From Thermoproteaceae archaeon (GTDB taxonomy: Archaea > Thermoproteota > Thermoprotei > Thermoproteales > Thermoproteaceae): 27,967 nt of DNA. The stretch covers positions 1 through 27,967 of the forward strand of contig JAJHRB010000014.1 of assembly GCA_020833025.1 (NCBI GenBank), written 5' to 3'. Positions 10,023 through 19,003 of this stretch are shown here, in pieces. Numbering within the stretch: position 1 is the stretch's first letter; every line of letters begins with the position of its first letter. The notes below the pieces were generated by a model. That model did not search any database. It was not told the origin of the DNA and saw only the letters and a program-made list of their open reading frames with translations. Both the position numbers and the translations under genes were made by a program.

Positions 10023-10430
10023 AGTAAAGCGCTAGTGTGAAGCTCGTGTAGTAGGATGGCTCCACAATACAGCTATTCTCGGCGTATACGTACACTTCAT
10101 CACTGTAGTACGGGTTCGGGTAAAGGCCTAGGGTCTCGCCCTGCGCGAGGCAGTCGCCTACTCGCTCCTCATAGCCGGAGCTGCTTACTCGCAGTATCTC
10201 ATAGTACAGCCGGCCCCAGCCGCTGGCAAAGGCCTCCGGCGTGCAGAAAGGCTTGCCGAAAGCCTCCAGCGAATCGACATATAAGGGTAGGGCGTGCCTG
10301 CACTGACGGGGCCCCACAGAGCTGAGTACGTGACGCACCCCTCGCCCGTGTAGTAGACTCTGATTAATGCATAAGCCGCGCCAGCCGCTAGTGCGAGCAG
10401 CAGTAGCGCGCGCGTGATGCGCCTCAGCAC
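10015..10430 (-). pseudogene. Small secreted protein split by an apparent 1-nt frameshift near 10280-10292
   Basis: The 10430 frame has a signal peptide and protein-like sequence up to ...GTPYPY. The 10015 frame is protein-like only from ...LYVDSLEAF onward. Each frame looks like junk outside those segments. Confidence 0.6.
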
Positions 10431-10452
10431 GGACGGTCGTCATTTCTGCCTT

Positions 10453-10992
10453 TTAAGTTCTTGCCGGCTCGTCGAGGCGGCGCGCAAGCGCCCTTACCTC
10501 CGCCTCGAGCTCCTCTAGGCTCTTCCCCTCGTTGAGAACTACGTAGTCCGCGCGCGCGAGGAGGTCCGCGAGGCCGAATTTCAGCTCTCTCAGGTCGCGC
10601 ATCAGGAACTGTGACAGGCTGGCCGGGTCGTCCCCCCTCCCCCTTCCCGCCAGCCTCTGGTATCTAGTCCTCCTGGACGCGACCACGTACACGAGAGTTA
10701 CGCTGCCGAGCGCCTCCTCTAGCGCCTCCAGCTCCTCGGGGCTCCTGACGCCGTCTATCACAATTCTCTCGCTGCTGCCGACCCTCTTGAGGAGCGCGGC
10801 GGCAAGCGCTCTCCTGCCTTCCCTGAGCCTGGAGAGGACTGCCGCCTTGTCGGGCGGGACTCCGAGCTCCTGTGCCCTCTCGCGGACAATGTCGCCGAGG
10901 CAGTAGTACGCGTAGCCGTACCTCTCGAGAATCTTCGCCACGGTGGTCTTCCCCGAGCCGGGCAGCCCCGCCACGGCGATTACTCGCGGCAT
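10453..10992 (-). CDS. UPF0200 family P-loop kinase (dephospho-CoA kinase-like fold)
   Basis: VAGLPGSGKTT, GDIVRE, VIDGVRS, RYQRLAGRGRGDD and ADYVVLNEG. TATA-like box at 11012-11018. Confidence 0.85.
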   Translation of the reverse strand: MPRVIAVAGLPGSGKTTVAKILERYGYAYYCLGDIVRERAQELGVPPDKAAVLSRLREGRRALAAALLKRVGSSERIVIDGVRSPEELEALEEALGSVTLVYVVASRRTRYQRLAGRGRGDDPASLSQFLMRDLRELKFGLADLLARADYVVLNEGKSLEELEAEVRALARRLDEPART

Positions 10993-11035
10993 GCCGCTGC
11001 AGAGACGCCGGATTATAATCCGAGCCGCCGGCCGG

Positions 11036-12109
11036 CTACATGAACAGCGCGCGCCTGACCTCGCCGTATGAGGCCTCTGCCTTAAACCCGTCGCTGGCCG
11101 CGTGGGTCCTCACGGCGTAGATCCCCGCGCCCCTAAGCGCCGCGAGCGCCTCCTTGAGCCTCACGCTTCTGCCCTCGACCGCAAACTCTGGCACCCTGTA
11201 GTACCACGGCACGTGCGCCGAGTACTCCTCCTCCAGCAGCAGGAGGAAGTCCCTGTGGGGCCCGTGCTCGGCCATCTTGCGCACCACAGCGGGATCTCCC
11301 AGCGGCCCCACCCACAGAGGCCCCAGCGAGCGCTCGCCGGGGCGGTTGACTACCCTCCTCTCGCCCCGCCTGTACTCGATGTAGGCCACCTGCCCGAGCG
11401 CGTCGTCTGCATCCCTGGCCCCCCTCACTGCCCTCGCGCACACTCTGAAGTAGTGCCCCTCCCAGTACGCGATGAGCGGCTGGACCTGAAAGTCCTCAGA
11501 CGCCGCTACCCTGGCCACGTATCCGATCAGCACCCTCAGGCCCACCTCTATGTAGAACGGAGTCCTCCTGACGGCTGAGCCATAGCGGCGCAGGCACTTC
11601 CTGGGGTGCTTGCCGGTGAGCACCGCGGTGTCCGTCGCCGTCACGCAGATGAGGCCCTCGTCCCTCAGCGCCCTGAATGCTGCGTGCATGAACGGCGCTG
11701 GCGAGCCGAAGGGATCTATGTCCACGAAGTCGCACGCGCCCGCGAGCCTGTAGAGCAGGGCATTCGCGTCCTCGTTGTACACCTCGGCATCAATGCCGCT
11801 CAGCTCTAGATTCATTTTTATCGTCTCGACGGCCTCCTTAGATATGTCGTTGAGCACAAGTCTGCCCACAACGCCGCTCTCAACGGCGTACCTCATCCCT
11901 CTGACGCCGGTCCCGCTAAGCGGCTCGCAGACTGACAGCCCGCCCCCGTAAATGCTACCGTATGCCTTAAGCAGCAGCACTGACAGCGTTCTATTCCTCT
12001 CCATGGCGGGATTGTAGAACACCGGCGCAGCGTATATGCTGCCGTACTTACTCACGTCAGGCGCGTAGAACCTCACGCTCCCCTCCTCTCTGAGCACTAA
12101 GTGAGTCAC
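11036..12109 (-). CDS. trm1: tRNA (guanine(26)-N2)-dimethyltransferase
   Basis: PVFYNPAMERNR, EPLSGTGVRGMRY, LNDIS, DIDPFGSP, VTATDTAVL, EVGLRVLIG and GPLWVGPL. Confidence 0.96.
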   Translation of the reverse strand: MTHLVLREEGSVRFYAPDVSKYGSIYAAPVFYNPAMERNRTLSVLLLKAYGSIYGGGLSVCEPLSGTGVRGMRYAVESGVVGRLVLNDISKEAVETIKMNLELSGIDAEVYNEDANALLYRLAGACDFVDIDPFGSPAPFMHAAFRALRDEGLICVTATDTAVLTGKHPRKCLRRYGSAVRRTPFYIEVGLRVLIGYVARVAASEDFQVQPLIAYWEGHYFRVCARAVRGARDADDALGQVAYIEYRRGERRVVNRPGERSLGPLWVGPLGDPAVVRKMAEHGPHRDFLLLLEEEYSAHVPWYYRVPEFAVEGRSVRLKEALAALRGAGIYAVRTHAASDGFKAEASYGEVRRALFM

Positions 12110-12861
12110 GCCCTCTCTATCTCCGCGCCGAGGGCGCTAGCCAGCTCTGCAGCCCTCTCGTACTTCTCCCGGCTTGCCGATATGAAGACTGCCTTGTTGT
12201 CATCGGTCACCCTCACGGCGTCTGGGTGGCTCTCGACGAGCCTGTACGTGCTCCCGCCCACGTGCCTGCTCAGGAGGTCCTCCGGGGTCACTCTCGGCGC
12301 CTCGTCGATTTTAACTCTGTGTATGACGTCCTCTCCGAAAAGCGCCGCGAGTCTCTTCGCGATCTTCGCGGGCACCTCTACCTCCTCGCGCTCGTAACGG
12401 TATACTGTCTCCCGAGTCACGCCGAGCTTCTCAGCCAGGTTCTTCAGGCTCAGCCCTTCCTCAATTCTCCTCTCTCTCAGCCTCTTGCCGTTCACAGCTG
12501 CCGTCACGGTCCCGCGGCTCAGCTTAAAGACAGGCTCCTTGCCGTCCAGCATGTCAATGAACGTCGAGAGAGACATGAAGAACGCGCCGCCCCGGATGTA
12601 GACAATGCCTCTCTGTAGCACCTGACCCTTAACGCGGGACACTATTAAGGCGCTCGGCGTTTTCGTGCAGCTGCCAATGAGCTTTATGTCACGCACAGCG
12701 CTGCTCGAGACTCTCTCGGCGTCTTGCGACACCTTGAGCAGGAACTTCTTGTTCCCGAACCTCGCAACCAGGGTGTACGCGTAGGACTCGGACGCGTCTA
12801 AGAATAACGACTCCCCCCGGCTCTCTACGATATTCAGCGTGGCTTTCAGCAACTTGTTCAC
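12106..12861 (-). CDS. Archaeal Cro/C1 (XRE) HTH transcriptional regulator with N-terminal domain (COG1395-like)
   Basis: LRERRIEEGLSLKNLAEKLGVTRETVYRYERE HTH. 4-nt overlap with trm1. TATA box at 12884-12896. Confidence 0.85.
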   Translation of the reverse strand: MNKLLKATLNIVESRGESLFLDASESYAYTLVARFGNKKFLLKVSQDAERVSSSAVRDIKLIGSCTKTPSALIVSRVKGQVLQRGIVYIRGGAFFMSLSTFIDMLDGKEPVFKLSRGTVTAAVNGKRLRERRIEEGLSLKNLAEKLGVTRETVYRYEREEVEVPAKIAKRLAALFGEDVIHRVKIDEAPRVTPEDLLSRHVGGSTYRLVESHPDAVRVTDDNKAVFISASREKYERAAELASALGAEIERA

Positions 12862-12883
12862 TGTAAGAACTCAAGGCACCCGG

Positions 12884-12896
12884 TTATAAATAAAAG
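12884..12896. promoter_or_regulatory. AT-rich TATA element (TTATAAATAAAA), possibly bidirectional
   Basis: About 25 nt upstream of the HTH gene GTG on the minus strand. It also reads as a TATA box on the plus strand. Confidence 0.6.
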
Positions 12897-13153
12897 GGCG
12901 CAGGCAAAGGGGGTTAGTATAGTCACAGTGACATCTCGCAGCGAGGAGGCCTGGCGGGGCCAAGGCGCGAATCAATCATGCACCGGCGGGTGCCCGCCCT
13001 CCTGGCGCAGTGCGGCACTAGCGCCCGGCGGCTCGATAAAAACTGCGTGGGGGGCGTGCGAGATGCGGCCGGCACAACGGCCGGGACAGCCCGCCTCTCG
13101 GGGCGTGAGGGGTCGTGGCCATGCTTAATAGCCGGCCGGCAACTGGGCTGGCG

Positions 13154-13666
13154 GTGAGGCGGGTCAGGCTGAGCAACAAGGACGTCAAGAGGCTGCGCGA
13201 GCAGTGCACCGCCCTCGCGCCCGTGCTGGAGGGCGCTGGCGCTGTCGACGAGATACAGCTGTCGGAGAGAGAATTCCTGTACCTGATCGACGGAGAGCCG
13301 CTGCTGCTGAGAACGTCGCGGAGAGACGCCGGCAATTACGTGCTCCCCACGCTGTATTTGGTCCACAAGTCCGAGAGAAGGAGGCTCCTGCCGCCGTACC
13401 CCATGGCGGTCGTGGATGCAGGCGCCGCCGTGCGGATAGTCAATGGCGCCGACGTCATGCGCCCCGGCATCAAGCATATTGCCGGCGAGTTCGGCAGCCG
13501 TGCCGTCGTGCTCGTGACAGACGAGAGGGCGCGCACAATTGCCGTGACCCTTTCGTTGTACTCTAGCGCAGAGATCCTGCAGATGCAGAGGGGCAAGGTG
13601 CTGCTCAACATGCACCATCTCGGCGACAGGGTCTGGAGGGCATGTCTAGAGCTGGTTAAGAAATGA
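13154..13666 (+). CDS. PUA-domain RNA-binding protein (DUF1947+PUA, Tma20/MCT-1-like)
   Basis: VLPTLY and AVVDAGAAVRIVNGADVMRPGI. Likely start is GTG 13154 (MRRVRLSNKDVK) with TATA-like CTTAATA at 13124-13130. ATG 13121 is an alternative. Confidence 0.92.
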   Translation: MRRVRLSNKDVKRLREQCTALAPVLEGAGAVDEIQLSEREFLYLIDGEPLLLRTSRRDAGNYVLPTLYLVHKSERRRLLPPYPMAVVDAGAAVRIVNGADVMRPGIKHIAGEFGSRAVVLVTDERARTIAVTLSLYSSAEILQMQRGKVLLNMHHLGDRVWRACLELVKK

Positions 13667-14332
13667 CAGCAATACTTTCCTGAATGCTTCGTCACACTTG
13701 CACCTCTTGTACTCCCTCAGCGCCGGCACCGGGAGCTTGAGCCCGAGCCTCGCCAGCCCGCTCGCCACCTGCGTTACATTGCTCCCGCCGCCGAGAGTTG
13801 CCGACTCGAAATCTACGATCACGGGCCTGTCCCGCTCGACTAGCACGTGCCTCTCGAGCCTGGACAGCTCGTTGTGCGATATCCCGGCCGCATCCAGCCT
13901 AAAGGCCTGGCTCAGCAGCTCCTCCACGAGCGCCCGCTTCCTCTCCGCCGCCGCGGACGCCCACCACTCGTCTATGAACGCCCCGTCGACGTACCTGCAC
14001 GCCACGACGTCCCTGCCGTACGCGTAAAGCTCGGGCCCCACGCCGACCGAGTTCGCAAGCTTGAGGAGCTGCGCCTCGCGCGCGAGAGTTTGTCTGCTCG
14101 CATCCCCCCTCCTCAGCTTGCACGCTAGGACGAAGTTGCCGACGGCGGGCCTGCACTTGAACACAACGCTGTTCGTGCCCTTTCCCACTACCGGCACGCC
14201 GTTTACTATCACGCTGCCGCCAATTATCAGCTCGAGCTGGAGGTCAGAGAGCTGCCTGAAGACGCTCACGGCATGGCTCAGGCCGCCCCCGAGCGTTAGG
14301 AGGAGCGCGCGCAGAATACCGGCATTGTCCAC
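13646..14332 (-). CDS. Atypical Ser/Thr protein kinase (COG2112-like, RIO/Bud32-related fold)
   Basis: VGKGTNSVVF glycine loop, ACKLRR lysine, REAQLL, HNELSR catalytic loop and VIVDFESA. Confidence 0.82.
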   Translation of the reverse strand: MDNAGILRALLLTLGGGLSHAVSVFRQLSDLQLELIIGGSVIVNGVPVVGKGTNSVVFKCRPAVGNFVLACKLRRGDASRQTLAREAQLLKLANSVGVGPELYAYGRDVVACRYVDGAFIDEWWASAAAERKRALVEELLSQAFRLDAAGISHNELSRLERHVLVERDRPVIVDFESATLGGGSNVTQVASGLARLGLKLPVPALREYKRCKCDEAFRKVLLSFLNQL

Positions 14333-14380
14333 GCCGCCGGCAGCGCACAGGCTTTAACGTCATCCGCCGCGGCTTGACGC

Positions 14381-14653
14381 GTGGGTTTACTCGCGCGGCT
14401 TCGCAGAGAGCGCTCTCGGCGGCTTCTCAAGACTTCTTGTGCGGGTTGCTTACACGCAGCAGGTTTCCGGCGCGACATGAGGGCGTGCAAGGCGCTGCTG
14501 CGCCACGACATAGAGAGACCGCCGCCGGAGGTCCAGCAGAGACTCTGCCGGAGCAACGGCAGGATAGAGCTGCCCGAGCAAGGCCCGCCGAGGCGCCCCG
14601 CCGAGGGGTTTGTCCGCGCCGCGGGCGTGCGGGGTGGCTGGGAGGGCAGGTGA
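14381..14653 (+). CDS. Small hypothetical protein, 4 Cys
   Basis: GTG start about 25 nt downstream of TTTAAC (14352-14357), a box apparently shared with the divergent kinase gene. No family recognised. Confidence 0.5.
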   Translation: MGLLARLRRERSRRLLKTSCAGCLHAAGFRRDMRACKALLRHDIERPPPEVQQRLCRSNGRIELPEQGPPRRPAEGFVRAAGVRGGWEGR

Positions 14654-14707
14654 TCAGGCGCGGCGATTGCGGCTGACGTGTAGACGGAAGCTCGGTGAGG
14701 GAGCTGA
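14650..14707 (+). ncRNA. Candidate box C/D sRNA overlapping the stop codon of the upstream ORF
   Basis: C-like GTGATCA 14650-14656, D' CTGA 14673-14676, C'-like GTGTAGA 14678-14684 and D CTGA 14704-14707. Length 58 nt. The C box is imperfect and the guides are long. Confidence 0.45.
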
Positions 14708-15084
14708 AGGAGGGTGAGGGCTATCCGATGAGAGGTGGGCGCTGCCGGATTCCGGCATGCCCGAGGTGCGGCCCCGAGGCGGGCAGGGACGGCGTCCCCA
14801 ATATTGTGGGCAGTGAGGCGTCTCGATGGAATTGCTGCAGACGGCCAGATCCCAACCCCTCTTTTTCCGCGCCGTGCTGGTCGCGCCGAGCGAGTTTTGA
14901 ATGCTTATTAACCATAGCTGTCTAGCCCGTCACATGGGCAGACCGCTGCCCAGCTGCATTGCCGCCCACAGGCCGCCCCGGCGCCGTCGCGCCACACGCT
15001 CTGCCCCGCCGCCGAGCCTCAGGAACGCCGATAGGCCTCCCGGGGCCTCCCGCTCCCGGGGGACGGCGGGGAGATGAGGGGGGC

Positions 15085-15462
15085 ATGGAGGGGGAGAGAG
15101 ATCCGGTGAAGAAGATAGCGCAGTTGGTCAGAGCCGGAGCCGTGCTCACGGCGTACACGTGCCCGGCATGCGGCACCGTGCTAGTCAAGCTCAAGACAGG
15201 CGAGCTCTACTGCGCCAACTGCGAGAGGGCGGTGGTTGTCGTCAGGAGCGAGGAGGAGGCCCAGCAGGCGCTCGAGGTCGTGCAGCTGAGAGAGGTCAGG
15301 AGGATAATCTTTGACAAGATACTGCAGCTCGGCAGGGAGATCGAGAGACTCTCCGCGAGCGAGATGCTGGAGCACTTGAGGTCCATGAATCTGCTCCTGG
15401 AGGTATACGAGAGGCTGAGCCGCATTCACGCAGAGACGGTAAGACAGAAGGCGCCGCACTAG
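15085..15462 (+). CDS. UPF0148 / autoantigen p27 (SSSCA1-like) zinc-ribbon protein
   Basis: KKIAQLVRAGAVLTAYTCPACGTVL...LYCANC followed by coiled coil. ATG 15085 is preceded by a purine-rich GAGGGGGG. Confidence 0.88.
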   Translation: MEGERDPVKKIAQLVRAGAVLTAYTCPACGTVLVKLKTGELYCANCERAVVVVRSEEEAQQALEVVQLREVRRIIFDKILQLGREIERLSASEMLEHLRSMNLLLEVYERLSRIHAETVRQKAPH

Positions 15463-15545
15463 CCGCCTCGGCGCTGTAAACCCGCCTCACCGGTCGCCAG
15501 CGGTCGCTCTCGTCACAGACGGCAAAAGAGTCCGGCGCGCGAGCT

Positions 15546-15560
15546 GAAAAAAGTTTTTAG
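15546..15560 (+). promoter_or_regulatory. BRE+TATA promoter of the box C/D sRNA
   Basis: GAAAAAA immediately followed by GTTTTTAG, about 25 nt upstream of 15582. Confidence 0.65.
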
Positions 15561-15581
15561 GGCGCTCGTCACTGCGCGACA

Positions 15582-15640
15582 GCCCGTGATGTAGTGGTTC
15601 TACGAGGATCTGGTGAGCAAGCCCCTACCCGGCTGAGGGC
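15582..15640 (+). ncRNA. Box C/D methylation-guide sRNA
   Basis: Terminal stem GCCC/GGGC, C box GTGATGT 15586-15592, D box CTGA 15633-15636 and degenerate internal D'/C' (CTGG/TGAGCA). Length 59 nt, intergenic, with its own promoter. Confidence 0.75.
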
Positions 15641-15658
15641 CTGGCCCCGCGCCTCTCG

Positions 15659-18603
15659 CTAGACAGGCCGCGGGCTCCCGGCCCTCCCAATTTTTATTCT
15701 CACGGTCTTGCCATCTATTTCCCACTCCCTCCCTCCCGCCGCGCTGCCAAGTCTCACCTCGACGGCCCTGGTCTCGCGCGCTATGTAATCGTGGAATGTC
15801 TCAACCGCTCTCCTCACGTCCTCCGAGCCGGCCTCCACGAACACGCTAATAGTCTCGCTCACGTCGAGGCCCATTTCCTTGCGCATTACCTGAACCCTCC
15901 TCACGATCTCGCGCGCGAGGGCCTCGTAGTAGAGCTCCGGCTCAACCCTCCCGGGGATGCAGACTTCAATGCCGCGCTCGCCCGCCTTGATGTAGTCCTC
16001 CGGGCACTGACCGGCCCTCACCTCCTTGACGTTGCCGAGGTACCTCAGCAGCTCGGCATATCTCTCAACGTGCCTCGCCCCGCTGACGTAGGCCTCGCGC
16101 AGCGGCCACCTCAGCTTGATGCCGGCCCTATTCCTGGCCTCGGCGAGTATTGAGAACACAGTGAATAGCTCGCGGAACGTCTCGAGAAGGCCCGCGTCCG
16201 CGGGCCCCGCGCCCGGGAGCTGCGCCAGATGGACGGACTCCGGCGCGTCGCGCTCGTACTTCCTCACGTATGCCTGCCATAGGTACTCTGTTATGAATGG
16301 CACAAATACCGAGCCCAGTATCAGCACGCTCTTCAGCGCGTGGTGCAGCACGGCGTATGCCGCAAACTTGTCGGGCCTCGGCTCCTCGGCCCACACGCGC
16401 CTCCTCACGAGCCTCACGTAGTGGTGGCTCAGTGTCTCAACGACGAAATCCCTCCACAGGGATGCGGCCTTGTGCAGCTCGAAGTCTTCCATGTGCCTGA
16501 CAAACTTCGTTATCATCTGGCTGAGCTCTGAGAGCATCCATCTGTCCTCGTCGAGGAGGCTGCCGGCCAGCCTCTCGAGGGGGTGCCTCTCGGGGGAGAA
16601 GCCATCCAGCGTCATGTACATGTCGGCGAATCTCACTACATTCCAGAGAATGCTGAGGTCGCTGACGGCGCGCCTCACCTCGTCCGGGTCGAACGCCAGG
16701 TCCTCCCAGGGCGCCGCCTTTGTCAGTATGTAGAGCCTGACGGGGTCGGCCCCGTATTTCTCGAGCAAGTCGTCGGCCCATATCACATTGCCCTTGCTCT
16801 TTGACATCTTCTGCCCGTGCTTGTCTAGCACAAGCCCCTGGATCAGTATAGCCTTGTATGGCGCCCTGCCCGTGTAAAGCACCGATGTCACGAGCAGCGA
16901 GTAGAACCAGCCCCGGGTCTGGTCAACGCCCTCTGTGATGAAGTCGAAGGGGAACAGCCTCTCCCAGAGCTCTCTATTCCTCTCGCCGTCAACCGATGCA
17001 ATCCACGCCACCCCGCTGTCAAGCCACACGTCCATCACATACGGCTCTCTCACCCACTCGTCGCAGTCCGGGGTGGAGAGCATCACGCGGTCGATCCACG
17101 GCCTGTGGACGAGCTTGAAGTCGTCAACTGGCAGGAGCTCCTTCGCGAGCCTCCTCAGCTCCTCAAGCGAGCCCACTACCATGATCCGCCCGTCTCTCTT
17201 GCACCTCCACACCGGCAGGGGAGTGCCCCACACCCTGCTTCTTGAGATGTTCCAGTCCTTGGCGCTCTCCACGAATCTGTCAAATCTATCTCTCAGCTTC
17301 TCGGGCACGACCCTCACGCCCCGGAGCTCCGAGTACGCTCTGTCGCTGATCTTGGAGATGGCAATGAACCACTGCCTGTCAGCGCGCATGATGAGCTTCG
17401 AGCCGCAGCGCCAGCAGTGCGGGTACTCGTGGCGCACTCTCTCCTCGTGCACCAGGAGGCCCTTAGCCTTCAGGTCCTGTATCACCTCACTCTCCACGTC
17501 ATACACGTGCTTGCCGCTGTACTTGCCGCCCAGCTCGTTAAACACGCCGCTGGCCTCAACGCTATTGGTGATCGGCATGCCGCACTTCCTGGCAACTTCG
17601 AAATCCTCGGGACCGTGCGCTGGCGCTAAGTGCACGAGCCCAGTTCCTTGCTCCAGCGTGACGAAACTGGCCGCGACGACCGCGTGCGGTCTTGCCGCCC
17701 GCTCCGGCACTTCCTCGGCCAGCGGGTGTGCGTAATGCATGCCGACGAGCTCCCTGCCCGGCCTCCTGTCAACCACGCGCCAGCTCTTGATGTTGAACTT
17801 TGCCATCAGCTGCGGCACCAGCGCCTCGGCGAGCCACCAGCACTCGCGGCCCTCGACCTCGACCTTGGCGTACGCGAGGTCGGGATTCACGGCAACGGCC
17901 TCGTTGTCGACAATTGTCCACGGAGTAGTTGTCCATATGACGAGATACTCCCTGTCCGAGCCCTCGACCCGGAACTTTACGTAAATTGACGGGTCCTCCC
18001 TCTCCTCGTAGCCCAGGGCCACCTCGTGGTCGCTCAGCGAGGTCTCGCAGCGCGGGCAGAACCACAGCACTCTGTAGTCCTCCACCAGAAGCCCCTCCTC
18101 GTGCGCCCTCTTGACCAGGCGCCACGCATACTCTATGTACTGCGGCCGCCGGGTCTCGTACGCGCCCTCCAGGTCTAGCCAGAGCCCCAGCCTCCGGGTC
18201 CCCCACTCCCTCCAGTAGGCGAGATACTCGTCCACGAGCGCATTGCACGCCGCCGCGAAGTTCTCCAGGCCGAACTTCTCGACGTCTTTCTTGTTTCTCA
18301 GCCCGAGCCTCTTCTCGACCTCCCACTCAACAGGCATGCCCTGCATATCCCAGCCGGCTTGAGCCCACACGTCGTACCCTCTCAGCCTGTAGTACCTGAG
18401 CACGACGTCCTTGTACGTGCGGCCCCGTACGTGGCCGACGTGAGGCATTCCGTTAGTCGTCGGCGGGCCCTCTAGGAATGCAAAGACGCGCCCGCCGCGC
18501 CGCGCCCTCCACTTCTCGGGTATCCTGTTCCTCTCCCAGAACTCGAGGACCTCCCTCTCGACGGCCTGCGGATTGTAACCGGCCAGGAGCTTCAGATCCC
18601 CAT
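15659..18603 (-). CDS. ileS: Isoleucine--tRNA ligase (apparent 1-nt frameshift right after the start codon)
   Basis: FLEGPPTTNGMPHVGH (HIGH), WTTTPWT, GTGLVHLAPAHG, DWNISRSRVWG and KMSKSKGN. The frame stays open above 18448 up to the stop at 18650 with no in-frame ATG/GTG/TTG. The ATG at 18603 has an RBS and TATA but is out of frame by 1 nt. Confidence 0.95.
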
Positions 18604-18649
18604 GGCCCTCCCCCTCCTGCCGGGTACTAAAAGTCTTCCGGCAGCCCCG

Positions 18650-18961
18650 CTATGCGAGGGCCTCGTAAACGAGATTCCCCTCGTCGTCAAGCCTCCTCCT
18701 GAGACGCCTCCGCGACGTGAGAGACTCGATGGCCCTCATGAGCTCCGCAGCGGAGACCCCCCTGGCCTTGGCCCACTGCATTACGTCGTCCTTGCCGGCC
18801 CTCCCCCTGCTCTTGATATATGCATACAGCTCCTCCGCCACGTCTCTCTCTCGCGCTCCCTCGGGCTTCGCTGCCCCCTCCGCCCCGGCCTCCCCGCCGC
18901 GCCTCCCGCCCGCCATGAAGTCAAGCAGAGTGGGGCCGCGCGGCGCCTCCTTCCTCCGCAC
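18650..18961 (-). CDS. Small winged-helix-like hypothetical protein
   Basis: TLLDF motif, then ELYAYIKSRG...ELMRAIESL...RRRLDDEGNLVYE with a helix-helix-wing pattern. TTTTAAATA box at 18982-18990. Confidence 0.75.
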   Translation of the reverse strand: MRRKEAPRGPTLLDFMAGGRRGGEAGAEGAAKPEGARERDVAEELYAYIKSRGRAGKDDVMQWAKARGVSAAELMRAIESLTSRRRLRRRLDDEGNLVYEALA

Positions 18962-19003
18962 GAAGAGCGAGCGTCGCGGGGTTTTAAATACGGATCCCGC
19001 TGC

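Noticed and set aside
14695-14925. Small CPxCG zinc-finger ORF (CPRCG)
   Set aside because: No clear second knuckle, low-complexity Arg/Pro/Gly composition, and it runs through a promoter. Not excluded, but unsupported.
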